The notes beneath the pieces were generated by a model. The model ran no database searches. It was not told the DNA's origin and saw only the letters and a program-made list of their open reading frames with translations. Below are positions 1 through 10,335 of a stretch of 64,000 nt of DNA, piece by piece. Every line of letters begins with the position of its first letter. Position 1 is the first letter of the stretch. Where the stretch lies: contig CAWCPV010000009.1 in the NCBI GenBank assembly GCA_963797555.1, positions 224,001 through 288,000 of the forward strand. The letters run 5' to 3'. Source of the DNA: an uncultured Gammaproteobacteria bacterium (GTDB lineage Bacteria; Pseudomonadota; Gammaproteobacteria; CAWCPV01). The translations under genes and the position numbers were made by a program.

Positions 1-1170
1 TGCGGCTGGAACTGCGGGAAACGCTTACGCCGCGGGTATCACTGCGCGAACCCTTCCGATGGTCAGAGGAAGATGGCGACACCGGCGCACCGCAGCGAGT
101 GAAGGACCTCGTCGACTGGGAAGTCGTACTGTCCGCGGGTCACGTACATTCCGCCCTGCGCGATTTGCCCAAAGATCAACGCTGGACCGAGGCACTGCCG
201 GTGCTGCTGTCCGACTTCAGCGCGCTGCTGCGCGATGCACTCGACTTGATGCGGGAACTCGGTGGCGTTGACGACAGAAGCGATCTCTCCTACATGCATC
301 GGCCTTCGATCAGCAGACACCCGCAGAACACCGACCTCCGCGACTGGACAGCGCTGATCGACCTCACCCGCGATGCCTGGCTCGCCACGGCAGCGCAATC
401 GCCAGAGCGGGCTCGTCTCGCGGCAGAAGCCTGGTGGCAGGCGCCGTACCCGCTGTTTCGGCGTATGGCCTTCTTCGCTGCGTCCCAGGAACACATCATG
501 CCCTCGCGCCGCGCGCTCGACTGGTTGCTGGCCGACGAGCACTGGTGGTTATGGTCGGTGGAAACCGAACGGGAGGCCATGCGTTTGCTCACCGCCCTGG
601 CACCGAAACTGGACGAGCCCGGCCTGTCGGAACTCGAACAGGCCGTCCTCGCCGGACCGCCGCGCGCCATGTTCAAGGACGACATCGAACCTGAGCGCTG
701 GACCTGGATCGTCGAGCGCGAGATTTGGTTGCGGCTGGCGAAGATGGCCCGATCCGGCGCGATTCTCGGCACGACCGGTAAGGAGCGGCTCGACGATCTT
801 TCCGCTAGGTATCCGCAGTGGCAGATCGCCGCCGACGAGCGCGATGAGTTTCCGATTTGGTCGGAAGGTGGCTGGGTAGGCGACCGGGACCCTTGGCGCA
901 CTTTCGTGCCGACGCCGCGTAGTAGACGTGGCTTGTTGAACTACCTGCTTGAGCATCCTGAACTGGAAGATTCGAAGCAGGACGACTGGGGGAAGCGGTG
1001 TCGCGACAACTTCCAGGCAACTGCCTACGCCTTGTGTCGCCTGGCAAGGCAAGGTGTCTGGCCGACCGACCGCTGCATGCCTGGTCGGAGGACAGGCTGA
1101 TCAAACGGTCGTGGCGCTATATGGCGCCCGTGCTGGCCAATGCGCCGCATGAGTTGCTGCAACCGCTCGC
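1..1170 (+). pseudogene. Internal/C-terminal part of a Dsr1-like (SIR2-associated) anti-phage protein; starts before the window, frameshifts near 1075 and is truncated near 1170
   Basis: The open frame runs from base 3 (RLELRETLTPRV...DLVDWEVVL...RPSISRHPQN...DWTALIDLTRDAWL...WWLWSVETEREAMRLL). It continues in another frame as AWSEDRLIKRSWRYMAPVL, then stops resembling the family. The SIR2 domain is not in the window; the family was recalled from motifs. Confidence 0.6.
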
Positions 1171-1519
1171 CGGCGGGCCAAGCGTTCGCGGTACGCCAAA
1201 CGGGCAGCCCCTCGAAGGCTGCGAATCTGCCGCCGGATCTGTCCTTCCGGCGTGCGAAACTCATCCAGCGCTGCAAACTCTCCCTTACTGGCGAAGAACA
1301 TCGCCTCGCCCTGCTTGTGCACGAGGATAGCGTCGTCTGGGCCGCCGATTGACGAGACATCCTCGACGACTCGCCGTGCCTCTGGAAACGACCGACGGGA
1401 TTGTTCGACCGCTAGCCGTGCGACGTAGTACGGATCTGTACCGCCTTCGTCCACAGTCCGGGCCACGTCAATCAGACGAACATCCGTAGCGGAGCCCACG
1501 TCTGGCATGACCCATGTCG

Positions 1520-2854
1520 TTATACACATCTCGGGCTCTGTGAGGCCCGTTGTGCGTCCATGGCGAGCACGAAGTCGCGGGTTCGCTGCAGCCCGATCCA
1601 CAGGCTTTGCGGACCCGGGAAGCCGTCGCCCTTGCGATTGAGGAAGCCGCCGAAGCTCGCCACCATACGCACCATCGCATCGAGCGAGGGGGGTGTCTCA
1701 GGCGGGGGCTGGCGCTTGGTGACGATATACACCGCGCGCCATTCCTCCTCGGCGAACACCACGTTGCAGGGCATCTGCGGGCAGTCGCGCCCGAGCAGGG
1801 TGAGGTAGAGCACCCGCCAGGCGATGATGAGGTAGAAGGCGAGCGCGGGCTCCAGGCGTTCGAGGGTCTCGAGCTGCAGCTTCTCGATGCGGCAGCCGCT
1901 TTTGAGGATCTTGAAGAACACCTCGATTTGCCACCGGCAGAGGTACCATTGGAGCTTCTCCAGGGCCTGCTCGGCGGTCTCGACGGGGAGGCTGGTGAGG
2001 AGCAGCCACTCGATGGGCTCCTCGCCCTGGGGCGGGTCCACCTCGCGGGCCAGCACGGCGCTCACCTCGATGTCCGCCAGGGTGCGGTCCGAGCGATGCG
2101 GGGCCTTGAAAGTGAGGCGTGCGACGCGCAGTTGCTGGTGGATGCGCCGCGCCGGACGCCTAGCGGTGGCGGGCAGGTCGAATTCGGCCTCGGCCAGCAC
2201 CGGCGCGCTTGCGAGCCGGGCGCGCTCGGCGCGGATGAGCCACTCGGCGCAGGGCTGCGTGGCGGCGCGTTCCGCGAGCACCTCGTAGATGTCGGCCTCG
2301 CGGTCGGCGACATAGACCAACTGGGTCTCGGGCAGGGACTCGATGAGCTCCGAGACGCGTCGATAACCCTCCAGCCAGCGCAGGCTCTCTTTTTCCTCGA
2401 TGGGCCGGCGGCCCTGCTCCTTGCCCAGACTGCCCGCCTCGCGGGTCCAGCTCCATAGATCCAATAGCCCCAAGGGCACCCGCTCGGGGGTCACGGCGAG
2501 GGTGGGGTGCAGGTACAATCCACGGCGGGTCTCGTAGTTGAGCGGGCCCAGCCCGACGATGTCGTTCTTGCCGCTATAGTCCCCTTCCGTGGTGTCTTGG
2601 ATGCACAGCACCACCGAGTATTCGCGCATACGCTGCTCGGTGCAGGCGTAATGGGGCTCGAGCACCGCCTGGGCGGTGACCTGGGGATGGTCGAACAGCC
2701 GATAAGCCGCCAAGGTCTCGGCCCAGCCGCCACAGGCGGTGGGAATGCTCTGCATGGGATGGGCTCCCAGCTTCTCCAGGGTGCGTCGCGCCCGGCGGTT
2801 GAGGCGCGCATCACCCAAGTCGATGGCGGCCAGCTCCTCGGCCAGGGCATTCAT
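1520..2854 (-). CDS. IS4-family (IS50/Tn5-like) DDE transposase
   Basis: Tn5-like motifs LGDARLNRR, QDTT, ADREADIYE, Y..RWQIE.FFK.LKSGC (YREK) and GGFL.RKGDG.PG...LW.GL. The stop codon lies inside the terminal IR. Confidence 0.93.
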   Translation of the reverse strand: MNALAEELAAIDLGDARLNRRARRTLEKLGAHPMQSIPTACGGWAETLAAYRLFDHPQVTAQAVLEPHYACTEQRMREYSVVLCIQDTTEGDYSGKNDIVGLGPLNYETRRGLYLHPTLAVTPERVPLGLLDLWSWTREAGSLGKEQGRRPIEEKESLRWLEGYRRVSELIESLPETQLVYVADREADIYEVLAERAATQPCAEWLIRAERARLASAPVLAEAEFDLPATARRPARRIHQQLRVARLTFKAPHRSDRTLADIEVSAVLAREVDPPQGEEPIEWLLLTSLPVETAEQALEKLQWYLCRWQIEVFFKILKSGCRIEKLQLETLERLEPALAFYLIIAWRVLYLTLLGRDCPQMPCNVVFAEEEWRAVYIVTKRQPPPETPPSLDAMVRMVASFGGFLNRKGDGFPGPQSLWIGLQRTRDFVLAMDAQRASQSPRCV

Positions 2855-3723
2855 GCGGCTCCCCCGAGCGCCCGGCGAAAGCGGCCATCGAGCGGATACA
2901 CATAGACATCCTTGATGGGCAGCGCCTCACGGTCGAGCTTGCCCCGCCCGGTGGTCTGCCCCAGATGATGCCAGTTGGCCGCCCGGTAGCAGGTGCCCGC
3001 GAACCGGCCGGCCTCGACAAAGGTCTCCAGCAGCACCGGGCGTACCCCGTAGCGCTCTTCGAACTCGCCCGGCACCTGCCGCGCGGCCCGCCCGAGGACC
3101 TTGGAGGCCAGGTTCGCCACCCGCACCCACGGCAGAATGAGAAACCGCGCATGGTTCAGCACCTGCCCCAGGTGCTGCGCACGGCTTGGCGCATCCCAGC
3201 CAATCCAGCGGTCGCGCACGCCCACCTTCCAGGCCGCGGCCCCGAAGCCCATGGCCCCCACCACACCCCCGTCCCAGCGAATCAGATAGCGCAGCTGGGC
3301 ACCGGGCAGCGGCCGGTAGCCCAAATAATGGTACCGGTCGATGAGCCCATTCCACAGCGCCGAGTCCGCCGGGTCAGCAACCGGCGCCAAGTGCAGACCC
3401 TGCAAATCCCGCACTGCGCCCACCACCGGTACCTCAGCGGGCCAATCTTGCGGCTCGCGCGACAGCCCCTTCCCATTGCCGTTACCGTTGCGCGGCGCCG
3501 GCAGCTCGATCCAGCCTGCCCGATGCAGCCGCAGCAGCCCGACTCGACAGCTCATCAGCTTGGGCCTACCGGCTGCATCGGTCCACCCCAGCACCCGACA
3601 CACCCGCCGCGCCACCTCGGCTCGCACTCGGGGCTCCGCCAGCCAAGCCTCCCGCCGTATGCTCTCAAGCTCCCCCGCGCTCAGCACGCGCCCACCCAAC
3701 CACCTCGGCAACCCCTTCTCCAT
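2851..3723 (-). CDS. DUF4338 (DruA-like) domain protein with a putative N-terminal helix-turn-helix, inside the IS
   Basis: Motifs HYLGY, RD.WIGW, RFLILPWV..NLAS, ETFVE and F.GTCYRAANW..LG.T.GRG. ATGA overlap with the transposase start. Confidence 0.85.
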   Translation of the reverse strand: MEKGLPRWLGGRVLSAGELESIRREAWLAEPRVRAEVARRVCRVLGWTDAAGRPKLMSCRVGLLRLHRAGWIELPAPRNGNGNGKGLSREPQDWPAEVPVVGAVRDLQGLHLAPVADPADSALWNGLIDRYHYLGYRPLPGAQLRYLIRWDGGVVGAMGFGAAAWKVGVRDRWIGWDAPSRAQHLGQVLNHARFLILPWVRVANLASKVLGRAARQVPGEFEERYGVRPVLLETFVEAGRFAGTCYRAANWHHLGQTTGRGKLDREALPIKDVYVYPLDGRFRRALGGAA

Positions 3724-3758
3724 CTGCTCCCCCTCGTCACCTGGTGAACGATGGGGGC

Positions 3759-3787
3759 ATTGAATCAGCTTCCGGGGGCTGTGTCCA
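3759..3787 (-). promoter_or_regulatory. Candidate sigma70 promoter for the DUF4338-transposase operon
   Basis: Minus strand reads TGGACA-17 nt-TTCAAT, lying between the IR and the DUF4338 RBS (GAGGGGGAG). Confidence 0.4.
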
Positions 3788-3886
3788 GAGGGGCAGCAGC
3801 CCTAGCTACGGGGAGATGTGTATAACGCCATGGGCATGACCCCGTGTCCAGCGTGAATATTGGAGTAGCCCCGTAGCGGACGGGGC

Positions 3887-4699
3887 TCAGTCATGTTGGC
3901 CCCAAAGCTCTCTACGAGCCTCGTCGCTCGTTAGGTCCTCGAATCCGCGCACAATCCATTCGTGCGCGTGTGAAAACCAGTGCTCCATGTGATCCAGGGG
4001 CGCGTCGGCCGGCAGGCCACGAGCCGATAATTCGAGAACGAGGAACTGCTTGTCGTCTCTGACACGCCGTGCCGGGCTAAGCTTGACTGATAGCCCGCCC
4101 GGTTGCTCCTGGAACGCGAATCGGGCTTGCCAGCTCATCATGGAAGGATGCGGGAGAAAGCGGTCGCGTCGATCCTGCCACTCGATCTGGTTTATCACTC
4201 TCCCCAATTGTTCGGGGAACTTCCAACCGTTTTGCTCGAGAACGTGGTTGATATACGTGAGTTCATACTCGAGGACTTCCGTGTCTCCCAGCTCCTGCCG
4301 CGCAACGAAACTTCGGAAGTCGCGAAAAAGCCCGAAAAAAGTTCTCGACAGCATCTTATAGCGTGGGTATGAGCCGCTGTCCTTGCGATGTCGCCAATTG
4401 AAGAGAAAGCGACCGGGCTGTAGCTGAATCAGGCGATCATCCTCGCTAGCTATGAGCCAAACTCGCGGAAGTGGGATGCCGGTGGCGGCATCTACGAAGT
4501 CGGTGTCGCCGATCGGTGGTGCGTGCTCACACCGAGGGAAGGCACCCATCACCTGATGCCAGAAGGCCCCGACATGCGGAATCATCCAGTCCTTCAATGG
4601 CGCGAACTTCACGCCGAATACGACCTCGATGAGAGGCGGGCGCGCGTAATCTGCGAGATTACCCTTGTGTGCCCGGGGCTTAGCCACTGGTCTAGCCAT
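3887..4699 (-). CDS. TIGR04255-family protein
   Basis: N-terminal Y.RPPLIEVVFGVKF, RVWL...DRLIQLQ..RF.FNWR, Y..Y, EL.YIN and C-terminal F..AH..I...F motifs. Start placed at ATG 4699. Confidence 0.75.
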   Translation of the reverse strand: MARPVAKPRAHKGNLADYARPPLIEVVFGVKFAPLKDWMIPHVGAFWHQVMGAFPRCEHAPPIGDTDFVDAATGIPLPRVWLIASEDDRLIQLQPGRFLFNWRHRKDSGSYPRYKMLSRTFFGLFRDFRSFVARQELGDTEVLEYELTYINHVLEQNGWKFPEQLGRVINQIEWQDRRDRFLPHPSMMSWQARFAFQEQPGGLSVKLSPARRVRDDKQFLVLELSARGLPADAPLDHMEHWFSHAHEWIVRGFEDLTSDEARRELWGQHD

Positions 4700-4989
4700 G
4701 AGAATGCCAAGAATCCAGACGCTCCGGCCACATTGGACCACGGACAGCCATTGAAGTCGACAGGAATTTCGACGGGACTGCTGCAAAAACAACTCAACTG
4801 TGAGGCGGGGACCATTCAGAGGGCGGTCGAGTGGATCGGACCCGCAGGAGAGACACCGCGTGAGCGACTGAGCGCAAACTAAACCATGCGAACCTGGGCG
4901 GCTGCGGGCGACCGCTGGGATAGCGGGAGTTTCCGGAGTTAGGACCTTGCGATCACACGTACCAGAAGCCACAGAGGATTGCTGCCGGC

Positions 4990-5093
4990 GCGCCCTACAT
5001 CCCTTTCCCGGACACCCCGGTCCGGGCCAGATACTGCGCGGTGCGCTCTTCCGTGCGCTCAGTCGTCAGGTACACGCCGCGCCTGCCGGTGTG
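4990..5093. repeat. 104-bp direct repeat, copy 1 (duplicate of the SWIM gene 3' end)
   Basis: Identical by eye to 5813-5916. Confidence 0.9.
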
Positions 5094-5233
5094 AAAGGCG
5101 CGGACGGGTCAAGTCTTGCGATCGCACATACCGAAGCACTCGCCTCTTGCCTTTTCACGCCGCGGCATCTGGTGCGGGGCGACCAGCGACCGCCACGTCA
5201 ACTGCGAGCGAGCCGGCACACAGCCGCGGCGCA

Positions 5234-5470
5234 TTAGCGACCTCGGCCGGAGCGTTTGGTTAGGCCAACTGACCTCCGTGCCACCTCGATGAGCGAACGA
5301 AGGGCCTCATTGACTGCTTCTTCCGTTGGAAACGCCTCAGACACATCGGGAGTCAGCAGGACCAGATTGGTTCCTGACCGATATGCCTCCAGGTACTTGC
5401 CTCGGACACCCTCTCCAAGGTCCTCGCGCCGGTATTCATGGCGCAGCTCATCGGGCTTAGCCTTCTTCAT
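5234..5470 (-). CDS. BrnA-like antitoxin
   Basis: DELR.EY...GVRGKY...GTNLVLL.PDV..AFPT..AVNEALR; overlaps the toxin stop. Confidence 0.75.
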   Translation of the reverse strand: MKKAKPDELRHEYRREDLGEGVRGKYLEAYRSGTNLVLLTPDVSEAFPTEEAVNEALRSLIEVARRSVGLTKRSGRGR

Positions 5471-5729
5471 AGATTTTCCGCTCCTGCGGCGTCATGACGC
5501 GGGCACTGATGATCCTGATCCTATCGCCGTCGGCGGCGTGAGAGACCACCAATAGTCGGCTTAATCGCGATACCCCGAAGGTAATGGACCGATCCTCCGC
5601 GATTGAATGATCGGGATCGGAAAAGGTGATAGCCAGAGGATCGCCGAAAACTGTTGCGGCCTCCTCGAAAGTAACACCATGCTTCCGTTCATATACGCGG
5701 GCTTTTCTCTTGTCCCAGTCAAAGTTCAT
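5457..5729 (-). CDS. BrnT-family toxin
   Basis: F.WD..K......KHGV.FEEA..VF.DP...D..HS..E.R...G......LVV....RIRIISAR. Confidence 0.88.
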   Translation of the reverse strand: MNFDWDKRKARVYERKHGVTFEEAATVFGDPLAITFSDPDHSIAEDRSITFGVSRLSRLLVVSHAADGDRIRIISARVMTPQERKIYEEG

Positions 5730-5812
5730 CGGGCTCCGTCCAACGACGCCAAGACACCGAGCCGCAGGCTCGGTCGGCGCCTTCCGGGTTGCCATAGGCC
5801 ATGGATCCCTGT

Positions 5813-5916
5813 GCGCCCTACATCCCTTTCCCGGACACCCCGGTCCGGGCCAGATACTGCGCGGTGCGCTCTTCCGTGCGCTCAGTCGTCAGGTACACGC
5901 CGCGCCTGCCGGTGTG
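5813..5916. repeat. 104-bp direct repeat, copy 2
   Basis: Identical by eye to 4990-5093; includes the SWIM gene stop codon. Confidence 0.9.
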
Positions 5917-6928
5917 CAGCAGCACGCCAGAGATGAGCCAGTTCTGGATCATGTAGTGGGGGATACCGCGGGCGGTGAGCTGGCGGGCCGTAACGGTCTG
6001 ACCGCGGGAGCGGCCTCCCCGTGGGCTTTGCTTCGCGGCCGGCGAGGCAGCGGCCGGCGTCTGGACCGTCGCCCGCGCAGACCGGCGGGCCTTGCGGCCG
6101 ACCGGTTCCGCGGGAGCCGGAGGCTTCGTGGCGGCGCGAGACTTGTCGGCCGCCAGCGACGGACCCGCAATCGGGGCGTCGTCCAGCTCGATGCCGAACA
6201 GGCTCCCGAGGTCCTGGGTCTCCAGCCGCTGCTCCGCTCTCAGGGCGGACTCGCCGTCCGCCACAGGCACGCTCCCCGCCTGGCGGATCAGCTCCTGCGG
6301 GTCCACGTGGCGCAGCAGGAACAGCAGGTCCGGCTGGCCGTCGAGGCGGCTGCCGACGCCGTAAAGCGCCGCCGCCACGTGTTTGCAGAGATACGCCCCG
6401 TCCGGACAGGTGCAGTCGAAGCGGATTCTGTTTCGGGGTCGGGAACAGGCCCGCGCCGGGGCGGGTGACCACCTCCATGACCGCCTTCGAGAGACGGCCC
6501 TGCAGCAGCTCGACCAGAGAGTCGATCTTGCCGGCGCACTCCCCGAGGACGCCCTCCCACAGCCGGGGCTCCAGCGCCTCGACCCCCATCTCCACCCGGT
6601 AGACCTCGGAGCCCGAGACCAGGGCGCTGACCTTGCCCTGCGCAATCTGCAGGTCGATGACGGCGCCGCTTCGCACGTAGGTGCGCCCGCGCGGCAGGCG
6701 GTTCTCGAAGTCGCTGTAAATTTCGAGGTTCTGGCACCAGGCCTTGCCCCAGAAGCTGCGGGCGATGGTCCGGCCCTCGATCGCGACCGGCTGACAGGCG
6801 CGGCCCTGCTTTCTGAGCGCCGCGACCTTGCGTTCGGCCTGATGGCGCCTCGCCGCGACCGGGACGTAGGGCGCCCAGCCGCTGTATCCATAGTCGTTGC
6901 GATAACGGCTCCCGCGCCGTCTGCTCAA
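5818..6928 (-). CDS. SWIM zinc-finger protein (SNF2 partner), frameshift near 6425
   Basis: N-terminal WGKAWC...NRLPRGRTYVR is in one frame; C-T-C-PD....CKH.AA.LYG.G.RLD (SWIM) is in the other. Confidence 0.85.
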
Positions 6929-6947
6929 GTTTCCACCTCCCGTTCTC

Positions 6948-9822
6948 TCACGTCTCTTCGACGGCGCTGCGAATGTCGAGCGATACCAGCCGCAGCAGAT
7001 CTTCGTTGCTCATCTCGGTCAGCAGGACCTCGCCCCCGCCCTCTACGACTTGCCGGGAGAGATCCAGCTTGGACTCGATCAGGGCGTCGATGCGCTCTTC
7101 CACCGTACCACGGCACACGAACCTGTGCACCAGCACGTTCTTGTGCTGGCCGATGCGGTAGGCGCGGTCGGTCGCCTGGTTCTCCACCGCCGGGTTCCAC
7201 CAGCGGTCGAAGTGGATGACGTGGGAGGCCGCGGTGAGGTTGAGCCCGGTACCGCCCGCCTTGAGCGACAGCACGAAGAAGGGCGGTCCGTGGTCGCGCT
7301 GGAACTGCTCGACCAAGGACTTGCGGGCCTTCACGGGGGTGGCGCCGTGCAGCACGAGGCCAGGCCGGCCGAACACGCTTCCCAGGAAATCGGCCAGCGG
7401 CGCGGTCAGCTCCTGGAACTGGGTGAACACCAGCACCTTCTCCTGGCGCTCCGCCATCTCCTCGGCGAGGCTCGCGCAGGCGCAGGAACTTGCCGCTGTC
7501 CTCGGGCGCATAGGCGCCGTCGCCCAGCCACTGCGAGGGATGGTTGCAGATCTGCTTGAGCCGCATGAGGAAGGCGAGCACCGTCCCGCGCCGCTCAATG
7601 CCGTCCAGGCTTTCGATACGCCGGGCCAGGTCCTGCACCGACTCCTGATACTGCGCCGCCTGGACGCGGCTGAGCGCGCAGTACGCCTTCAGCTCGGTCT
7701 TGTCCGGCAGGTCCGCGATGATGCGCCGGTCGCTCTTCAGGCGCCGCAGGATGTAGGGCCGCACCAGGTTGCGCAGCGGGGTGTAGCCTGCATGCTCGTC
7801 CTGCGCGAGCCGCCGGGTGAAGCGGCTGAAGGCCGGGGCGGAACCGAGCAGGCCCGGACAGATGAAGTCGAACAGCGACCACAGGTCGCCGAGCCGGTTC
7901 TCCACCGGCGTGCCGGTGAGCGCCAGGCGCGCCCGGCTCTTCAAGGCCTTGACCGCGCGGGTCTGACGTGCCCCCGGGTTCTTGATCGCTTGGGCCTCGT
8001 CCAGCACCGCCAGCGACCAGCGCGCCTCGGCCATCCAGGGGAGCCGCGCGGCCGTCCCGTAGCTCGTGATCACGATGTCCACGCCGGCGAGCCGCTCGGG
8101 TGCGAGGGCCGCCAGCTCCTTGGCGGGCAGCGCCGAGGGATGGGCGACGAGCGTGCGCAGACCCGGCGCGAAGCGCGCGATCTCGCTCTCCCAGTTGGCG
8201 AGCAGGGACGCCGGCACCACCAGGAGGTGAGGACCGGCATCGCCCTCCCGCTTGAGCACCAGCAGCAGGGCGATCACCTGCAGCGTCTTACCGAGGCCCA
8301 TGTCGTCCGCGAGGCACCCGCCGAGCCCCAGGCGGTTCAGCCACCACAGCCAGCGCACCCCGTCCTGCTGGTAGGGGCGCAGGCGCGCCTGGAGGTCCGC
8401 TCCGGGGTCGGCGGCAGCCGGCGCACCGCGCAGGCCCTCCAGCACCCCGCTCAGCCACTCGCCAGGGACCGCCGCGGACCACTCGGCCGCCGCCTCCGGG
8501 AGCGCCGTCACGTCGTCGTTCTCGATGGCGGCCCCCGCGAGCAGCCGCATCCCCTCCAGGAAGGAGACACCGTCCCCGGCGGCACGCTGGACCTTCTTCC
8601 AGTGCTCCAGCACGGCGCCCAGTTTCTCCCGGTCCACCTCGACCCAGCGGCCCTTGAGCCGCACCAGGCCGTCTCCGGCGGCGAGCACCTGCTGCCACTC
8701 CGCCTCCGAGAGAGTCTCGCCGTCCAGCGCCAGCTCGACCCGGAAGTCCATGAGCGCATGCAGCCCGAGCCCCGCGGCCTGGTTGCCCAGGCTGATACGG
8801 ACTTGGGGCCGCGGGGGCTGGCGCGGCTTCCACCAGTCCGGGATGCGCACCACGATGCCGCTCGCCTCAAACGCCGGGACGTCCTTGAGGAACCGGTAGG
8901 CTTCGTGGGCAGTCCAGGCGAGCGGGTGGAAGATGGCGCCGGAGTCGACCAGGGCTTTCAGCCAGAGGGTCTGCCCGGCGGCCCGATTCACCGGCATCAG
9001 CAGCGAGAGCAGGGTACTGCGGTCGCCCGCGCCGGAATAGTCCTTGAGCGCCCGGCCGAGGGGCAAGTGCTGCACGCGCGCCTGCTGTGAGACGCGAGCG
9101 GCATAGGTGGCGAGGAAGGCGAAGGGAGCGCGCTCGTTGCCCTTGTTCTCGGCCAGGTGGAAGCAGACTCGGCCCACCAGGTTCCAGCTCGGGTGCTTGC
9201 CCTGGAGCCAGGCATGAACGCTCCCGCCCGCCTCGCGGATCTCTTCCCGCGCAGCCGCCTGCAGCTCGCCCCACCAGGCCTCGATGAGGGCGGCGTCGAC
9301 GTACTCGGCCCCGGTGAGGGGCGGCACCGCTGCGGCGAGCCGTTCCAGTTCCGTGAGCGGGACAGGAACCTCGGCCGTCGCCCACTGGCCCTCCAGATCC
9401 GGAATGGCGCAGAGCCGCGCCATGAAAAGCTGCGCCAGCTCCCGCCCGAAGGCGAGCGACGGCGGCAGGGCGCTGCCCGGCTCGACCGCGCCCAGGTGCA
9501 GCAGGCCATGGGCGCCGCCGCGCTCGAAGGCCCGGCGGGTGCGAGCGGCCACTGCCGGTGCGGGCAGGTCGGCATCACCCGCGACCGTCTCCAGATATGC
9601 CCGCCCTGCGGGGGATACCGCGAGCGCCAGGGCCGCGCAGGCAGCCTCGGGCGTTGTCGGCTGTGGAATCAGCTCAGGCGGCGCCTCGCCCACGCACGAA
9701 CCTGCCGAATAGCAACCCCCAGCACGAGGCCGATCGCGGCGCGCGGCGTCGTCTGCTCGGAGAATGCGGCCACGGCGACGGGCGTCCTGAAAGGCCGGCT
9801 TCCGAGTGACGTCCAAGTACAC
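6948..9822 (-). CDS. SNF2-family DEAD/DEAH helicase, frameshift near 7475; true start probably near 9690
   Basis: LRPYQ, LADDMGLGKT, DEAQ.IKN, LTGTPVEN and LRRLK; C-terminal GGTGLNL..A.HV.HFDRWWNPAVENQATDRAYRIGQ is in a second frame. Confidence 0.9.
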
Positions 9823-9877
9823 CGGCGCCTTAGGCAGAAGCTCGATGATGACAAGGTCGTGTGCCTACCCGCCCAAG

Positions 9878-10151
9878 TCAGCGGACGCTGAACCGCGGGA
9901 TGGACTGATCTGGATTCTGGCTCGGGGCTGCACGCCACGCGGGTGACGTGGGCCAGCGGCGGCCCCTGGCGCAGCCACTCCCGCAGCGCTGCCAACTGGC
10001 GTTCCGTGCCGCAGGCCAGGACTTCCACCTGGCTGCCCGGGACGTTGCGCACCCAGCCGGTGATGCCCAGACGCTCCGCTTCCTCCCGTGCGGAGGCGCG
10101 GAAGAACACCCCCTGCACCCGACCCGACACCACGCAACGTATACAGGGCAT
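9878..10151 (-). CDS. acyP: Acylphosphatase (3' end apparently frameshifted)
   Basis: SGRVQGVFFR and GWVRN...VE....G motifs. A plausible ending ...SIPRFSVR-stop lies in another frame at 9878. Confidence 0.85.
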
Positions 10152-10335
10152 TAGGGCGATTCCGGCACCGCGAGCCATCGAGGCGGGAGGATGTCTGCGC
10201 GGAGATCGAACATCACCTCCGGCGCGTCAAAGGGCACTGGATCCGATCTCGGGGTTGGCTCCGACCCGCCGCATCCGCTTCATCGTCCGGGGTGGCGAAT
10301 ATTCGCATGAGCGGCGTTCCGCGAGCGACGCGTGC

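Larger units (their letters stand above)
1513..3832 (-). mobile_element. IS4-family (IS50/Tn5-like) insertion sequence, 2320 bp, carrying a transposase and a DUF4338 gene
   Basis: 19-bp inverted repeats CATGTCGTTATACACATCT (1513-1531) and AGATGTGTATAACGCCATG (3814-3832) differ by 1 mismatch. The 9-bp TSD GGCATGACC is at 1504-1512 and 3833-3841. Confidence 0.95.
1101..3894 (-). pseudogene. Hypothetical gene downstream of the TIGR04255-like gene, split by the IS4-family element
   Basis: ATG at 3894 overlaps the upstream stop. Removing 1513-3832 plus one TSD copy gives the in-frame MTEPRPLRGYSNIHAGHGVMP-DVGSATDVRLIDVART... Confidence 0.65.

Noticed and set aside
1513-1531. Nextera/Tn5 adapter contamination
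   Set aside because: The outer bases differ from the mosaic end, the partner IR and a 9-bp TSD are present, and the transposase stop lies within the IR.
2851-3723. Druantia defence system, suggested by the DruA-like domain
   Set aside because: No DruE-type large helicase or other dru genes are adjacent, and the gene lies inside IS ends. The nearby SNF2 belongs to a SNF2-SWIM pair.
7216-9090. 624-aa plus-strand ORF and similar long antisense ORFs (e.g. 60044-61627, 23566-24600)
   Set aside because: Shadow ORFs typical of high-GC DNA opposite well-supported genes.
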